Source: Paraspadella gotoi (taxonomy: Eukaryota; Animalia; Chaetognatha). Taken from it: a DNA stretch of 64,000 nucleotides. Shown here one piece after another: positions 1 through 11,800 of the stretch. A model generated the notes under the pieces. The model ran no database searches and was not told the origin of the DNA. It saw only the letters and a program-made list of their open reading frames with translations. The stretch spans positions 3,503,061-3,567,060 of the forward strand of contig CM119271.1 of NCBI GenBank assembly GCA_051294375.1, written 5' to 3'. Position numbers and translations under genes: made by a program. Each line of letters starts with the position of its first letter. The first letter of the stretch is position 1.

Positions 1-2243
1 GCGAGCGAGTCTGGGACGTGGCCGGTTGGGGAGGTGTGCACGCGGCCGAAGAGGCTGCAATAGCGGCGACGTCTTGACGGAAGCTCCTCTACGATTTTGT
101 TTCGTTCAGCGATGTCGACGTCAGTTGACGGCGTTGGGAGGAGTTGTCCCGGGAGTGTTAACGTTTCCCCTAGTGTGAGCTCGGCGGGTGAGATATTGGA
201 GTCGTCGCGGGGCGTGGCTCGGAGACTAAGAAGAGTCCAAGGGAGTTGCTTCAGCCATTTTCACCGGCGGCGTCGCATTTTGCTCTGAGAGACGACTTGA
301 GCGTCCGGTGCAGTCTTTCTACCATGCCATTTGATTGAGGATGGTATGCTGTGGTGGTTGCTGGATAAAACCTACTACTGCGGCCACTTGGCGCCACAGT
401 TCCGAGGTAAATTGTGCTCCTCGATCAGTAGTTACGACGGCGGGGACCCCAAAGCGTGAAACCCAGTATAGAAGGAAGGCGTTGGCTATTGATGCCGCGG
501 ATGTATCACGAAGTGGCGCTACTTCCGGCCACCTTGTGAAACGGTCAATGATTGTCAGGAGGTGGGTGTGTCCTGAGGCGGGGGGGAGTGGGCCAACGAG
601 GTCCACGTGGATGTGGGCGAAGCGCCGTGAGGGAGGCTCAAACTGCTGTAGAGGCGTTCGAATATGACGTTGTATTTGGCCCGTTGGCAGGCGTCACAGG
701 CGGCCGCCCACCGGCCAACGTCACTGGAAACAGAGGCCAGACGAACCTTTTTGAAACAAGGCTTTGGATGCCTTAATTCCAGGGTGGCCAACGTTATGGG
801 TTGCTTCGAATATACGGCGGCGCCAGTTTGCTGGACGAGAGGACGCGCGCGCGTACCGGAAGTGTCGCAAATGAGAGGAGCGTTTCCGATGAGGATCGTT
901 TTTAGTTCTAGCCCAGTTTGTGATTGTTGAGAAGGTCTTGGACGTCGTTGTCTGTTGCCTGGTCTGCTGCCATTGCTTCCAGGTTCACACTGAGGGAGCC
1001 AATTGCATTGACTGATGCGATACATCGTCCTTAGCGCGCTTATTGGTAGCATCTGGCTCTGATGATTTTTCTGGAGTTGTTGGGGTGTTTCCGCGGAGGG
1101 TCGTGAGAGGGTGTCCGCGACGACATTGGCTTTTCCCGCAATGTGTCGATGTCGCCTGTGAACTCTGCTATACCGGCAGCTGATAAGTTTGCCGCATTGT
1201 GTGCGGTTCTGCCTTTTTACGGAGCGCTGGGACTAGTGATATATGATCACTAAACAAAGTGAACCGTCGACCTTCAATGTAGGGTCGGAAGTGGCGGATG
1301 GCGCTGTGAGCTGCAAGGAGTTCCTTGTCAAATGGAGGCACTTTTGTTGAGCCGGCTTGAGGCGCTTGGAGAAAAACCCAAGGGGCTGCCATGAAGAGTT
1401 GACGGATTGCTCCAGGACGGCGCCAACCGCGATGTCGGAAGCATCGACAGTGAGGGAGAGAGGAGCGCCATCAACTGGGTGGACTAACATGTTGCATCAG
1501 CCAAGGCATCTTTGATTGTTTGGAAAGCTATATCCTGCTTTGCTTCCCATGAAAACGTTCGGCGTTTTCCACTGAGGAGTTCCAAGAGTGGTGCCATGTG
1601 CTCGGCGGCATGCGAACGAAGCGGCGATAGTAGTTGACCATGCCTATAAAGCGTTGAAGCTCCTTGGTGGATGTGGGCGTGGCCATGTTGCGTATTGCAT
1701 CAACTTTTGATGGAAGGGGACTGACGCCATGGCAATTGACTTGATATCCCAGGAATTCCAAGCTTGATGCGCCGAACACACATTTGGCACGATTGACCAC
1801 AAGACCGTTGTCGCAAGTGTGTTGAAGACTCTCTTGAGGTCTTCAAGGTGTTCCTCATGTGAGTTTGATGCCACGAGGAGGTCGTCCAAATAGACAAACA
1901 CGTGTGGAAATTCCATTGAGGACCCTATCCATCATTCGTTGAAAAATCTTGTGCGGCGTTTTTCAAGCCGAATGGCATGAAATTGAATTCCACAAGCCAA
2001 ACGGCGTGATGATTGCCGTCTTGTGTCGGTCCTCTTTCGTTACAGGGATTTGATGGTATCCCTTACAGAGATCGATTTTTGAGAAGACAGTTTTTCCTGC
2101 TACATCCGCATTGAAATCTAGTAAGTGACGAATTGGGTAGCGGTCATCTATTGTAGCACAATTGAGACGTCGATAGTCGCCGCACGGCCTTAAAGAGCCA
2201 TCAGGCTTGCGGACAACGTGGAGTGGAGAGGCCCAGGATGATG
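1..2243 (-). mobile_element. Decayed Ty3/Gypsy LTR retrotransposon pol fragment (RT-RNase H-integrase), frameshifted, truncated by a gap
   Basis: Minus-strand fragments in Gypsy order: RT (HVFVYLDDLLV, KCVFG..LEFLGY, ELQRFIGMVNYYRRF), RNase H (LTVDASDIAVGAVLEQ, FDKELLAAHSAIRHFRPYIEG), integrase (CDACQRAK, DLVGPLP, IIDRFTRWPE, VTTDRGAQFTS). Several frameshifts. Confidence 0.95.
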
Positions 2244-3040
2244 NNNNNNNNNNNNNNNNNNNNNNNNNCCGCGAATTGTTTGTCAGTCAACAACTTTTTT
2301 TTTCTTACCCTCTCGTCTCTTCTCTCTTTCTCAGATTTCACGATTTTCCCTTTCTCGATTCCCCTTGGAAGTCGACGCCGATTTTATTCGTTATTACACA
2401 TCCAACGTCGCCGTCTCCTCAGCCTTAATAAAATCAATCTCTCTCTCTCTCTCTCTCCTGACTTTCGTCCCCCGATGAAGACGACGAAAGGACGATTATC
2501 GGCGATCGCCGCGACCCGGCCGCCGCCCCGTTCGGCGGAAGCGGCGTTGTTAGTGGGTAAGAGAGAGAGGGTCGTCAACGACGACGACTTACGGTAATCG
2601 CGCACACCTGTGACACGTCTTTTTCGTCGGCGTCATCGTCGTCGTCGTCAAATCCGCCGGGGCCAGAGGGAACCAGTTGCCCCATTCTCCCGTTTACTGG
2701 ACAGCCTTTCGAGTGGTTTTCCCCCTTAATTGTTCTTCGACGTTAAAAAATTCCCCTTCTTTCATCTCCGAGTGAATTTCTCGAACACGCCTCTCACTCT
2801 CCTTCTCTCTCGTTTATCGCCGAAGATTTTAAGGATGGAAATACGATTTTTTTCTCCTCAACTCAATATTGGGAATTAAAAAAAACTTGCAAGAAAAAAT
2901 TTTGTTCAAAAAGAAAAAAAAAAAAAAAGAATATATTCGCCAAGGGAACGCCGAGCGCCGCGGCGAACACCATCGGCTTTTCGCGGGAAATGAATTCGGG
3001 CACCGCGAGATCAACGACCCGCTCGGCCTCCGCTTAATTC

Positions 3041-6000
3041 ATGTTCCCCCTCCCCTCGCAAGGGACCGTTCCTCGTTCGTTTACTCACTTCAGCCCCCGA
3101 ACTAAGTCGATAACGTCGGCGACGGCGGGCGCCCAGTACCTCAACGCGCGCGGCGCCCTTTGCGCGCTCTTGTATTTTCTCTTGATGCCCGGGAAACGGG
3201 ACGCTTATTCGGCGGTGGCGGCGGCGCCGACGTCGGAGGACGTGACCCCGCTACTCGCGTCGGCGAGATGTAGGGCAAGATGCCTAGATAAACTAGCGAC
3301 CTACCTCGGCAGGTTATTACCCGAGTTTGAAGGGACGAAAAAAGGAGCTCAGAGTCGTTGATCCGAAAGGCTGATAAGAAATTTCTTTTTACTCAGTTTG
3401 GAAGAACTTGGATTAAAATCGATTATTTTGCGGCAGCAGCACACAGCCTCTCTTGAGACTTGTCTTCAAGACCAAAGCTGCTCTTCTTGCATTCGTCCTT
3501 GTGATCTCACACCAAGGTAGGCTAGAGATTAGAGAATTGCCATCAAATATACCATTTTGCTCATCTTGTTTTCTTTAAAAACTTATGTTTTAACAAATCG
3601 TATTTCAGTAATTACGCTGCTTGTCCAGCGTATTGCCAAAGTGAAGATGATGATTGCCACGCGACGTGCTCATTTTTGCGAGATATGGAAGAACATGGAG
3701 TTTCGCCCATAACCTGCCCTTCTCCCGCGTCTATCACCTATAGTTCGACATGTATTTCTTCATGTGATAAAGACTCAGACTGTGATATTGGATTCAAATG
3801 CTGTAATGAAGGTTGTGGTCGATCATGCCAAAAAGGAGGTAAATGAAACAGAGCGCGGACGTCGAATAAAAAGTTTTCCATCGAACTCACAAACGCTAAT
3901 TTTATTTTCAGCGATGATTGACGAGCAACCCCCGCGACTTGACGATTTACAAGTTGTCGAGCGTAAAAACGGAAAATCAGCGACTTTACATTGGTCATTG
4001 AGAAATCCATCCGATAGGCCAGTTATTTATATCGTTCAACTAAAATCGTACATGGGGAAAACCTACAATCATCTCCTTATGCCACAGGTCTGTCGTATTT
4101 AAAAATACATTTCTCAAATAATGGAAAATTTCGCACTTAGGTTTCAATGGTTAATTCACTTAATAGAAATTCAAATTTACTTAATATATGCAAATAAAAA
4201 TTAAAAGCCTAAAAAGAGAAAACCTCGAAAACCCCGGGATCTTGAGCCGAAATTGGATAGCTCCTCGAAAAGAAAGTTTTTAAGAGTTTAATGACTCGAT
4301 AAATGTGAATCCAGTTAATACAAATTGGTCGTCCTCGGAATCTCGGTTTGAATTGCCGCCATAAAAAACGGGGTTCTCTCTCACTCGGTTTTAGGACTGG
4401 CGGCACGTCGCTCTCGTCGTGGATCGTCACGAAGTGACTATTAAGGAGATGGAGCTCGGCCATTGGTACATCTTTCGAGTGGCGGCGGTGAACGCGAACG
4501 GAAGCGCGGGGTTTCTTGAAATAGTGAAACCGTTCAAGTTGGAAACGGAGCCCCGCGTTCCCTCCCATCCAATCAATTTGACGGAAACGGAGAAAAAGGT
4601 TTAATTTTTTTTTTTTACAAAATGAAAATAGGTTAAGCATATTAACTCTTTAAAAAATTGTATTCATTTTTAGATCGAAAATGGCAAACATTCCGTCACT
4701 TTATCCTGGGAGCCTCCGACCGAAGCGGATCTGCCGATTTCAAAGTACAAAATATTTTGGAGCCGGAGATTGCAGGGAAGCACGACAGTTTACAGCAACT
4801 TAAAAGAGCACAAAAAGACAGTCCAAGTAAAAAAACAAATTTAATTATTTAAAAAGCACATTAATCATTTTCCGCCTTTTTTTAGGGAAAAATTACTCAT
4901 TACACCTTCGAAAACCTCGAGCCGGACTGCGTTTATCTAATGCAAGTCCAGGCGCTCATACAATACGGAGACACCAAGTTACGAAGCAAGAAAGCCAACA
5001 TGTTCGTAACTACATTCAGCGACGATCAATTTTATGATGAATACGATCTCCTTCAACCGAACCGCGAAGAATTCGAATACGAGGAAGAAAAAGAAGATCA
5101 TTACGAATATCTAGAACCCATGGACGAGATACCCAAGCTAATTCTCAATCTCACTCACGAAAATCCCTCATTCAAAGACGGAGAGATTAAGGCGAGGATC
5201 GAGTGGGCTCTCATTAATGATAAAAATACACAGCAGGTAACTGTTTTTTTTCCTCCCGTCTAATCACCACTCGTATCCTTGAGTAAATAAGAAAATGTTT
5301 TCAAAGCTCGAGAACCATTACCAAATTGAAAGAATTAAACCTATAAAACTTTTTTTTAATTGCTTTTCAGGTAATGATCAATTGGGTCCCAGACGTTTGC
5401 ATCGCTGATCAGAGATCGAGCGATTTGATTCCGACCACTTTCACCGCGACCACTTCGGAGAACGTTTATCACATATTCGATTTACGATTCGATTGCCGCT
5501 ACACGGTCAGCGTTAAAGGCATGTCCCCGCAAGGTGAGGCAAAACTTTGTTATATTCTGAAATGAACCAAAACTCAATGGAAATCCACCCCAGGGAAATT
5601 GGGGCCCACGTCGACCACAACGTTTTTCGTTCGGGGATGCAACGACATCAAAGTAGAGGAATCTTCATCGATTAGACCCGAGTGCCCCACGGCCGCTCCC
5701 CCGGAAGCCCCATCCAAGCCGCTCAATTTAACCTACATTTATCAAATAGGGTCCCTGAGGTAAAAAGATCGACGGATCTAAAGATTCATAGGTTCCAAAA
5801 TCCCCAAAAAATTATTTCCTAATTTTCATCCGCGATATGCACTGTTCAGCTCCATAAACGTTCGCTTCATGTGGAATTACCCTCGACACACCGACCGACC
5901 TCTCATAGGATGGCGCGTCACCTGGGGACAACGCGTCCATTTGATGCAACAACAACCCTCGTTCCCGCGACCTTCGATACCGGAAAGTGGAATACCCAGA

Positions 6001-6493
6001 GACACCTTTCATTTTTCGAAAAACGCGGCGGTGACCCAAGTCATTCCCGGGTCGGAGTTGGAATTCACCATCAACGACCTTCAAGAAGCCACTGATTACA
6101 TCTTTCAAGTAACCGAAATTGCTTAACTTTTGTTAGGCGCAGAACAAGATATTTCATCGTTCGTCATTGATTTCATAGTTGCAAGCTCTCTCCGACGCCG
6201 GCGAGGGCGAACCCGCTCAGATACTTTTGACGACGCCGCAATTGTCAGAATCTTTAACAAAGGAGGACGCCGGTCGCGGTTACCGCAGAGGCGGCGCCTC
6301 TATCGAGCGTCACGACTCGGAGGCCGGGGGTCATCTCGTCGAAAAGTATTATGATCATCGAAAAGTAGAAACCTTGAGAACGCTAGGGCCGCCGCCCGCA
6401 AATCGCGGCTCGGCGATATCGAAGTGGTTATCCTACGGGCGCACCCTCATTATATTCGCGATCATGAAAAGTCTTTTAATTCTCGTGTTTTAA
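3041..6493 (+). CDS. ANOS1: Anosmin-1 (KAL1) orthologue: Cys-rich box, WAP domain, FN3 repeats, hydrophobic C-terminus; about 11 exons
   Basis: Spliced GT-AG exons (3041-3312, 3397-3516, 3609-3838, further exons to 6493) give SARCRARCL, CLQDQSCSSCIRPC, WAP CISSCDKDSDCDIGFKCCNEGCGRSC and FN3 motifs (WYIFRVAAVNANGS, LEPDCVYLMQVQA, LRFDCRYTVSV, LQEATDYIFQ). Start codon uncertain (3041 or 3185). Confidence 0.9.
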
Positions 6494-6739
6494 GTTCTGG
6501 TGAAATGATTTATTATTATTTGCAATCTAGTAGTGTTTATAATACTGATCGAAACGTTAATCTTGTCATTTTGTTACATCACTTTCATTACTGTTGCCTG
6601 ACTTTGCAAGTATACCATATCCATTGAAAGTTCACTCTTCTTTCGATACTGTCTGTAGATAAATACAGTCTGTTCATTCACAATCGTTAACGCCGATTTT
6701 GTTGTTATTTGTACATTGTACCGGTAGTCATATGGGTTA

Positions 6740-7016
6740 CCCATAGGGGCAAAAAATAGTTAAATTTTTTTTAAATGTTTAAGACATCAATGAACCTGAT
6801 GCTACAAAAAATTATAAAAAATATCAAAAAATTTTTTAGCCTTTTTTGGCCCCCCATGGGTCCACCCCTAGGGGGTTGAATATTAAAATTTGCCTCGATG
6901 ATTCCATTTATATCGTCATTAAGACTAAAATTTCATGAAATTTGACCGGGTAGCTTGGTGGGAACAGATTTTGGTCACAAAAAAGGGGTACCTCATTTTA
7001 TAGTATGAAGCTTCTG
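6740..7016. mobile_element. One-ended copy of the TA-flanked MITE seen intact at 18161-18735 (second copy about 10010-10280)
   Basis: Ends in cctcattttatagtatgaagcttctg|ta, matching the 18161/18735 TIR. The internal sequence is the reverse complement of about 18161-18420. Confidence 0.7.
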
Positions 7017-8175
7017 TACTTGGATGACCTTGAGCCTTTCAAATTTAAATAAACGGCGCCTCTGCGCATGTACCTAATTTTCACTCGAGCTTATGAACAG
7101 TTAAAATTCGATTAAAACATGTACACAAAATTAAAACTTTTCAGTGAAAAAATTAAATTTTCTTTCTCATACTAACTATCAAGGAAACAAAAACTATCAT
7201 TCTAATTTCCAAGTTAAAAATTTTAACGTCTTAACGCTGGTAATTTTAATAATGGTTTAATGATGGAAAACTTCCAGCTAATTAAACTTACCCCGTTGAT
7301 GCAAAATTCCCGTGAGCATGACGCCATCATCGTTACCCGACAGAATCGCTCCAGATTTGACAGATTTTTTTGTGATGTTAGACAGTTCTGCAAAAACAAT
7401 CAAATGTTAAATTTAAAAACATTTCCGCCGAAAAAATCCCGCCCCCAAAAAAGCTCAAAGTTCTTCAGAAACTTTCTTCAAAAAAAAATTATACATGTAT
7501 AGACTTAGCCAAATGTTTTCATCTTCCAAGTTAGGACCAAACTTTGTCAATGGGGTGGGAACCTTCCCAAATGAAACTTCATACATTTTTGAGAAAACTG
7601 TCAATGGACCAAAATTTTATAAAATGGCTAGAAGCACAAGTAATTAATTTTTGATAAAAAATGTCAAAAAAATCTTTTTTATTTTTTTTTTAAATAGATT
7701 CAGAGAGATTATAAAAAGCTGTTTAGACAAAGTATAATTCTTTTTTAAATATTTTGATGAGTAAAAATTGGTAAAAACCTTAAAAAATCATCATCATCGT
7801 CATCATCCGATAATTTTAGCAGTTTTTGCTAATTTTCAGTTATAAAATATCAAAATTTTAAAAAGTAATTACATTTTTTGCTTAAATTTTTGAACTCTAT
7901 AGAATCAATTAAAAAAACTTATAACTAATATTAATAATAGATTCGTTTAATGCTGTTCCCATTAAAATTTCAATTTGGTCGGCTATCGCTAACTAAGTGC
8001 TAATTTTTCGGTAGCTTTTTTCCCAAAATTCAACTATTAATTGCTCGCAACTCTTAAAAGCTAAAAAAATTTATGTTTTTGGGCTAAATGATGTCAAATA
8101 GTAAAGAAAATCAATTATAAACGGTCTCATCTTCAAGATCGTAAAATTTTAGATACCTTACTTATATAATTTTAA

Positions 8176-8422
8176 TTAATACTTTTTCCCCTATTAATTT
8201 TTAAAGATTAAAATTATTTTGAATTATTGCTGAAATTCTATATTTAATCTTAAATAACTTTGTTAATTTTTAAAAAAAATATTTGAAATAAACTATATGT
8301 TATAAATTTTAAAAAGGGCTTCATTTACACAAAAACATTTTTTAAAAAGTTATTTAAGCTTAAATAAAAAATAATTAATAATAATTCTAATCTTTAAAAA
8401 TTCATAGGGAAAAAAGTATTAA
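8176..8422. repeat. AT-rich inverted repeat (MITE-like hairpin)
   Basis: ttaatactttttcccctattaatttttaaagatta ... taatctttaaaaattcatagggaaaaaagtattaa are reverse complements. Confidence 0.65.
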
Positions 8423-8873
8423 TAAAAATTATTAAAAAATGAAAAAATATGGCGTAGTCTAACGGTCTAACCTATAACTAATCTTAGCAGCTAATTTACA
8501 CCAAAAGTTTAAACTTATCAGTTTAAAATCGCTAAAAAGGGAAAAAAACTCATTTAAATTCCTCTTTGTAAGATCGAATTAAAATGTGTAATACAAACTA
8601 AAACTTCAATTTTAAAACCTCAAGGAGAAAACAAAAGTTTATCAGTCCCTTCATGCAAATTACGTAAAAAAAAGAAATGCAAAACTGACAACGAAGGCAA
8701 AGGAAGGAGAAAAGAGGGAAAATAAGTTTACCTAAATTTTACTCTATTGCCAAACTACTTTTTGAAAAAGTTTACCTTGCCAAATACACTAGAATTTTAC
8801 CATTTAAATTATCGTGATTTTCAAGTTTTAATTTCAAAAGGGAAATGTTAAGAAACAAAACCATACAAATTTC

Positions 8874-11800
8874 TTATATCCGGCAACAATTTATAAACTT
8901 AAATTGACCTAAAAGCCTTTTTTCCTTAGCCGTCAATAATTCTCTTCTTGGACGGTCAGAGTCTTTCTTAGCTGAAACCAATCACCAAAAAAAAAGAGAG
9001 AAATCACATAAATAGATTTAGATGCTAATAATGTCATGCTCAAAGAAAACTTCGTAATTCCGCATAGACAATAACTTAGTTGTAACATCAAACTAGCTTA
9101 GTAGCCAAAAGTAAACATTAACTGTTTCAGTATAATGAGATACCTGGGGTGTACTCTTCGAAAGTTGGCCAATTCATTGGCATCGCAGCGCCGTAAGTAC
9201 CTGACCACCATTTTAGGTCCTGAAATTAAAAATAAAATGATTATTAAATTTTTGAAATGATCTTTCAAGAAAAGGAACCTACTGAAGAGACAGTGATTAT
9301 TGATATATGTTAATGACAGAACCGTTCAATATAAGCAGTCCCTGAGCTTCGGATCAGACTGAAACACCGAGTTACAGGCGGGTTAAGTGCCCCGTCCCTC
9401 TAAACTGCTAGGCGACCACCGGGCTAGAACCCCGGACCTTTGGGTTGGGAGGCGAATGACTTGCCTCCGGCACCAATGGCCGCTGATGAACGGTTCGTGG
9501 ATTTTAGTCCACCATACGACAAGCTTTCAACAAAGACTAAGTCTAGTTGATTACCTCTCAGAGCACCAGGCTTTACTATCAATGAAGTGGTATGAGATTT
9601 CTATAAACCGATTCAAAATTTTATATAATATACATATCCATATATTACCCATTATACAATATTAGCCATAGCCGATGAAATTTAAATGCTAATGTATACA
9701 GCATTAAAATAATCTATCATGACCATAGATTATGGTATTTATTTTTTGTCAAAAATGCTTTCTTCGGAGGGTACTAGCCTAATTAAAAATATTATATTAC
9801 TAAATTTAACTTGATCGAAACGTTAATCTTGTCATTTTGTTACATCACTTTCATTACTGTTGCCTGACTTTGCAAGTATACCATATCCATTGAAAAGTTC
9901 ACTCTTCTTTCGATACTGTCTGTAGATAAATACAGTCTGTTCATTCACAATCGTTAACGCCGATTTTTTGTTATTTGTACATTGTACCGGTAGTCATATG
10001 GGTTACCCATAGGGCAAAAAATAGTTAAATTTTTTTTAAATGTTTAAGACATCAATGAACCTGATGCTACAAAAAATTATAAAAAATATCAAAAAATTTT
10101 TAGCCTTTTTTGGCCCCCCATGGGTCCACCCCTAGGGGTTGAATATTAAAATTTGCCTCGATGATTCCATTTATATCGTCATTAAGACTAAAATTTCATG
10201 AAATTTGACCGGGTAGCTGGTGGTGGAACAGATTTTGGTCACAAAAAAGGGGTACCTCATTTTATAGTATGAAGCTTCTGTACTTGGATGACCTTGAGCC
10301 TTTCAAATTTAAATAAACGGCCGCCTCTGCGCATGTACCTAATTTTCACTCGAGCTTATGAACAGTTAAAATTCGATTAAAACATGTACACAAAATTAAA
10401 AACTTTTCATTGAAAAAATTAAATTTTCTTTCTCATACTAACTATCAAGGAAACAAAAACTATCATTCTAATTTCCAAGTTAAAAATTTTAACGTCTTAA
10501 CGCTGGTAATTTTAATAATGGTTTAATGATGGAAAACTTCCAGCTAATTAAACTTACCCCGTTGATGCAAAATTCCCGTGAGCATTGACGCCATCATCGT
10601 TAGCCGACAGAAATCGCTCCAGATTTGACAGATTTTTTTGTTGTGTAGACAGTTTCTGCAAAAACAATCAAATGTTAAATTTTTAAAACATTTCCGCCGA
10701 AAAAAAATCCCGCCCCCAAAAAAGCTCAAAGTTCTTCAGAAACTTTCTTCAAAAAAAAATTATACATGTATAGACTTAGCCAAATGTTTTCATCTTCCAA
10801 GTTAGGACCAAACTTTGTCAATGGGGTGGGAACCTTCCCAAATGAAACTTCATACATTTTTGAAGAAAACTGTCAATGGACCAAAATTTTATAAAATGGC
10901 TAGAAGCACAAGTAATTAATTTTTGATAAAAATGTCAAAAAAATCTTTTTTATTTTTTTTTTTAAAACAGATTCAGAGAGATATAAAAAGCTGTTTAGAC
11001 AAAGTATAATTCTTTTTTAAATATTTGATGAAGATAAAAATTGGTAAAAACCTTAAAAAATCATCATCATCGTCATCATCCGATATTTTAGCAGTTTTTG
11101 CTAATTTTCAGTTTATAAAATATCAAAAATTTTTAAAAAGTAATTACATTTTTCTTATTAAATTTTTGAACTCTATAGAAATCAATTTAAAAAACTTATA
11201 ACTAATATTAATAATAGATTCGTTTAATTCTGTTCCCATTAAAATTTCAATTTGGTCGGCTATCGCTAACTAAGTGCTAATTTTTCGGTAGCTTTTTTCC
11301 CAAAATTCAAACATTTAATTGCTCGCAACTCTTAAAAGCTAAAAAAATTTATGTTTTTGGGCTAAATGATGTCAAATAGTAAAGAAAATCAATTATAAAC
11401 GGTCTCATCTTCAAGATCGTAAAATTTTAGATACCTTACTTATATAATTTTAATTAATACTTTTTCCCCTATTAATTTTTAAAGATTAAAATTAATTTGA
11501 ATTATTGCTGAAATTCTATATTTAATCTTAAATAAACTTTGTTAATTTTTTAAAAAAAATATTTGAAAATAAACTATATGTTATAAATTTAAAAAGGGCT
11601 TCATTTACACAAAAAACATTTTTTAAAAAGTTATTTAAGCTTAAATAAAAAATATTAATAATAATTCTAATCTTTAAAAATTCATAGGGAAAAAAGTATT
11701 AATAAAAATTATTAAAAAATGAAAAAATTATGGCGTAGTCTAACGGTCTAACCTATAACTAATTTAGCAGCTAATTTACACCAAAAGTTTAAACTTATCA

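Larger units (their letters stand above)
6546..9811. repeat. Copy A of a tandem ~3.3 kb duplicated block (copy B about 9812-16160)
   Basis: tgatcgaaacgttaatcttgtcattttg... recurs at about 9812 and stays colinear. Copy B carries many 1-nt indels plus the 12864-15858 insertion. Confidence 0.9.

Noticed and set aside
9412-9483. Functional tRNA gene
   Set aside because: The anticodon stem does not pair and the sequence continues into a repeat body; treated as a SINE head.
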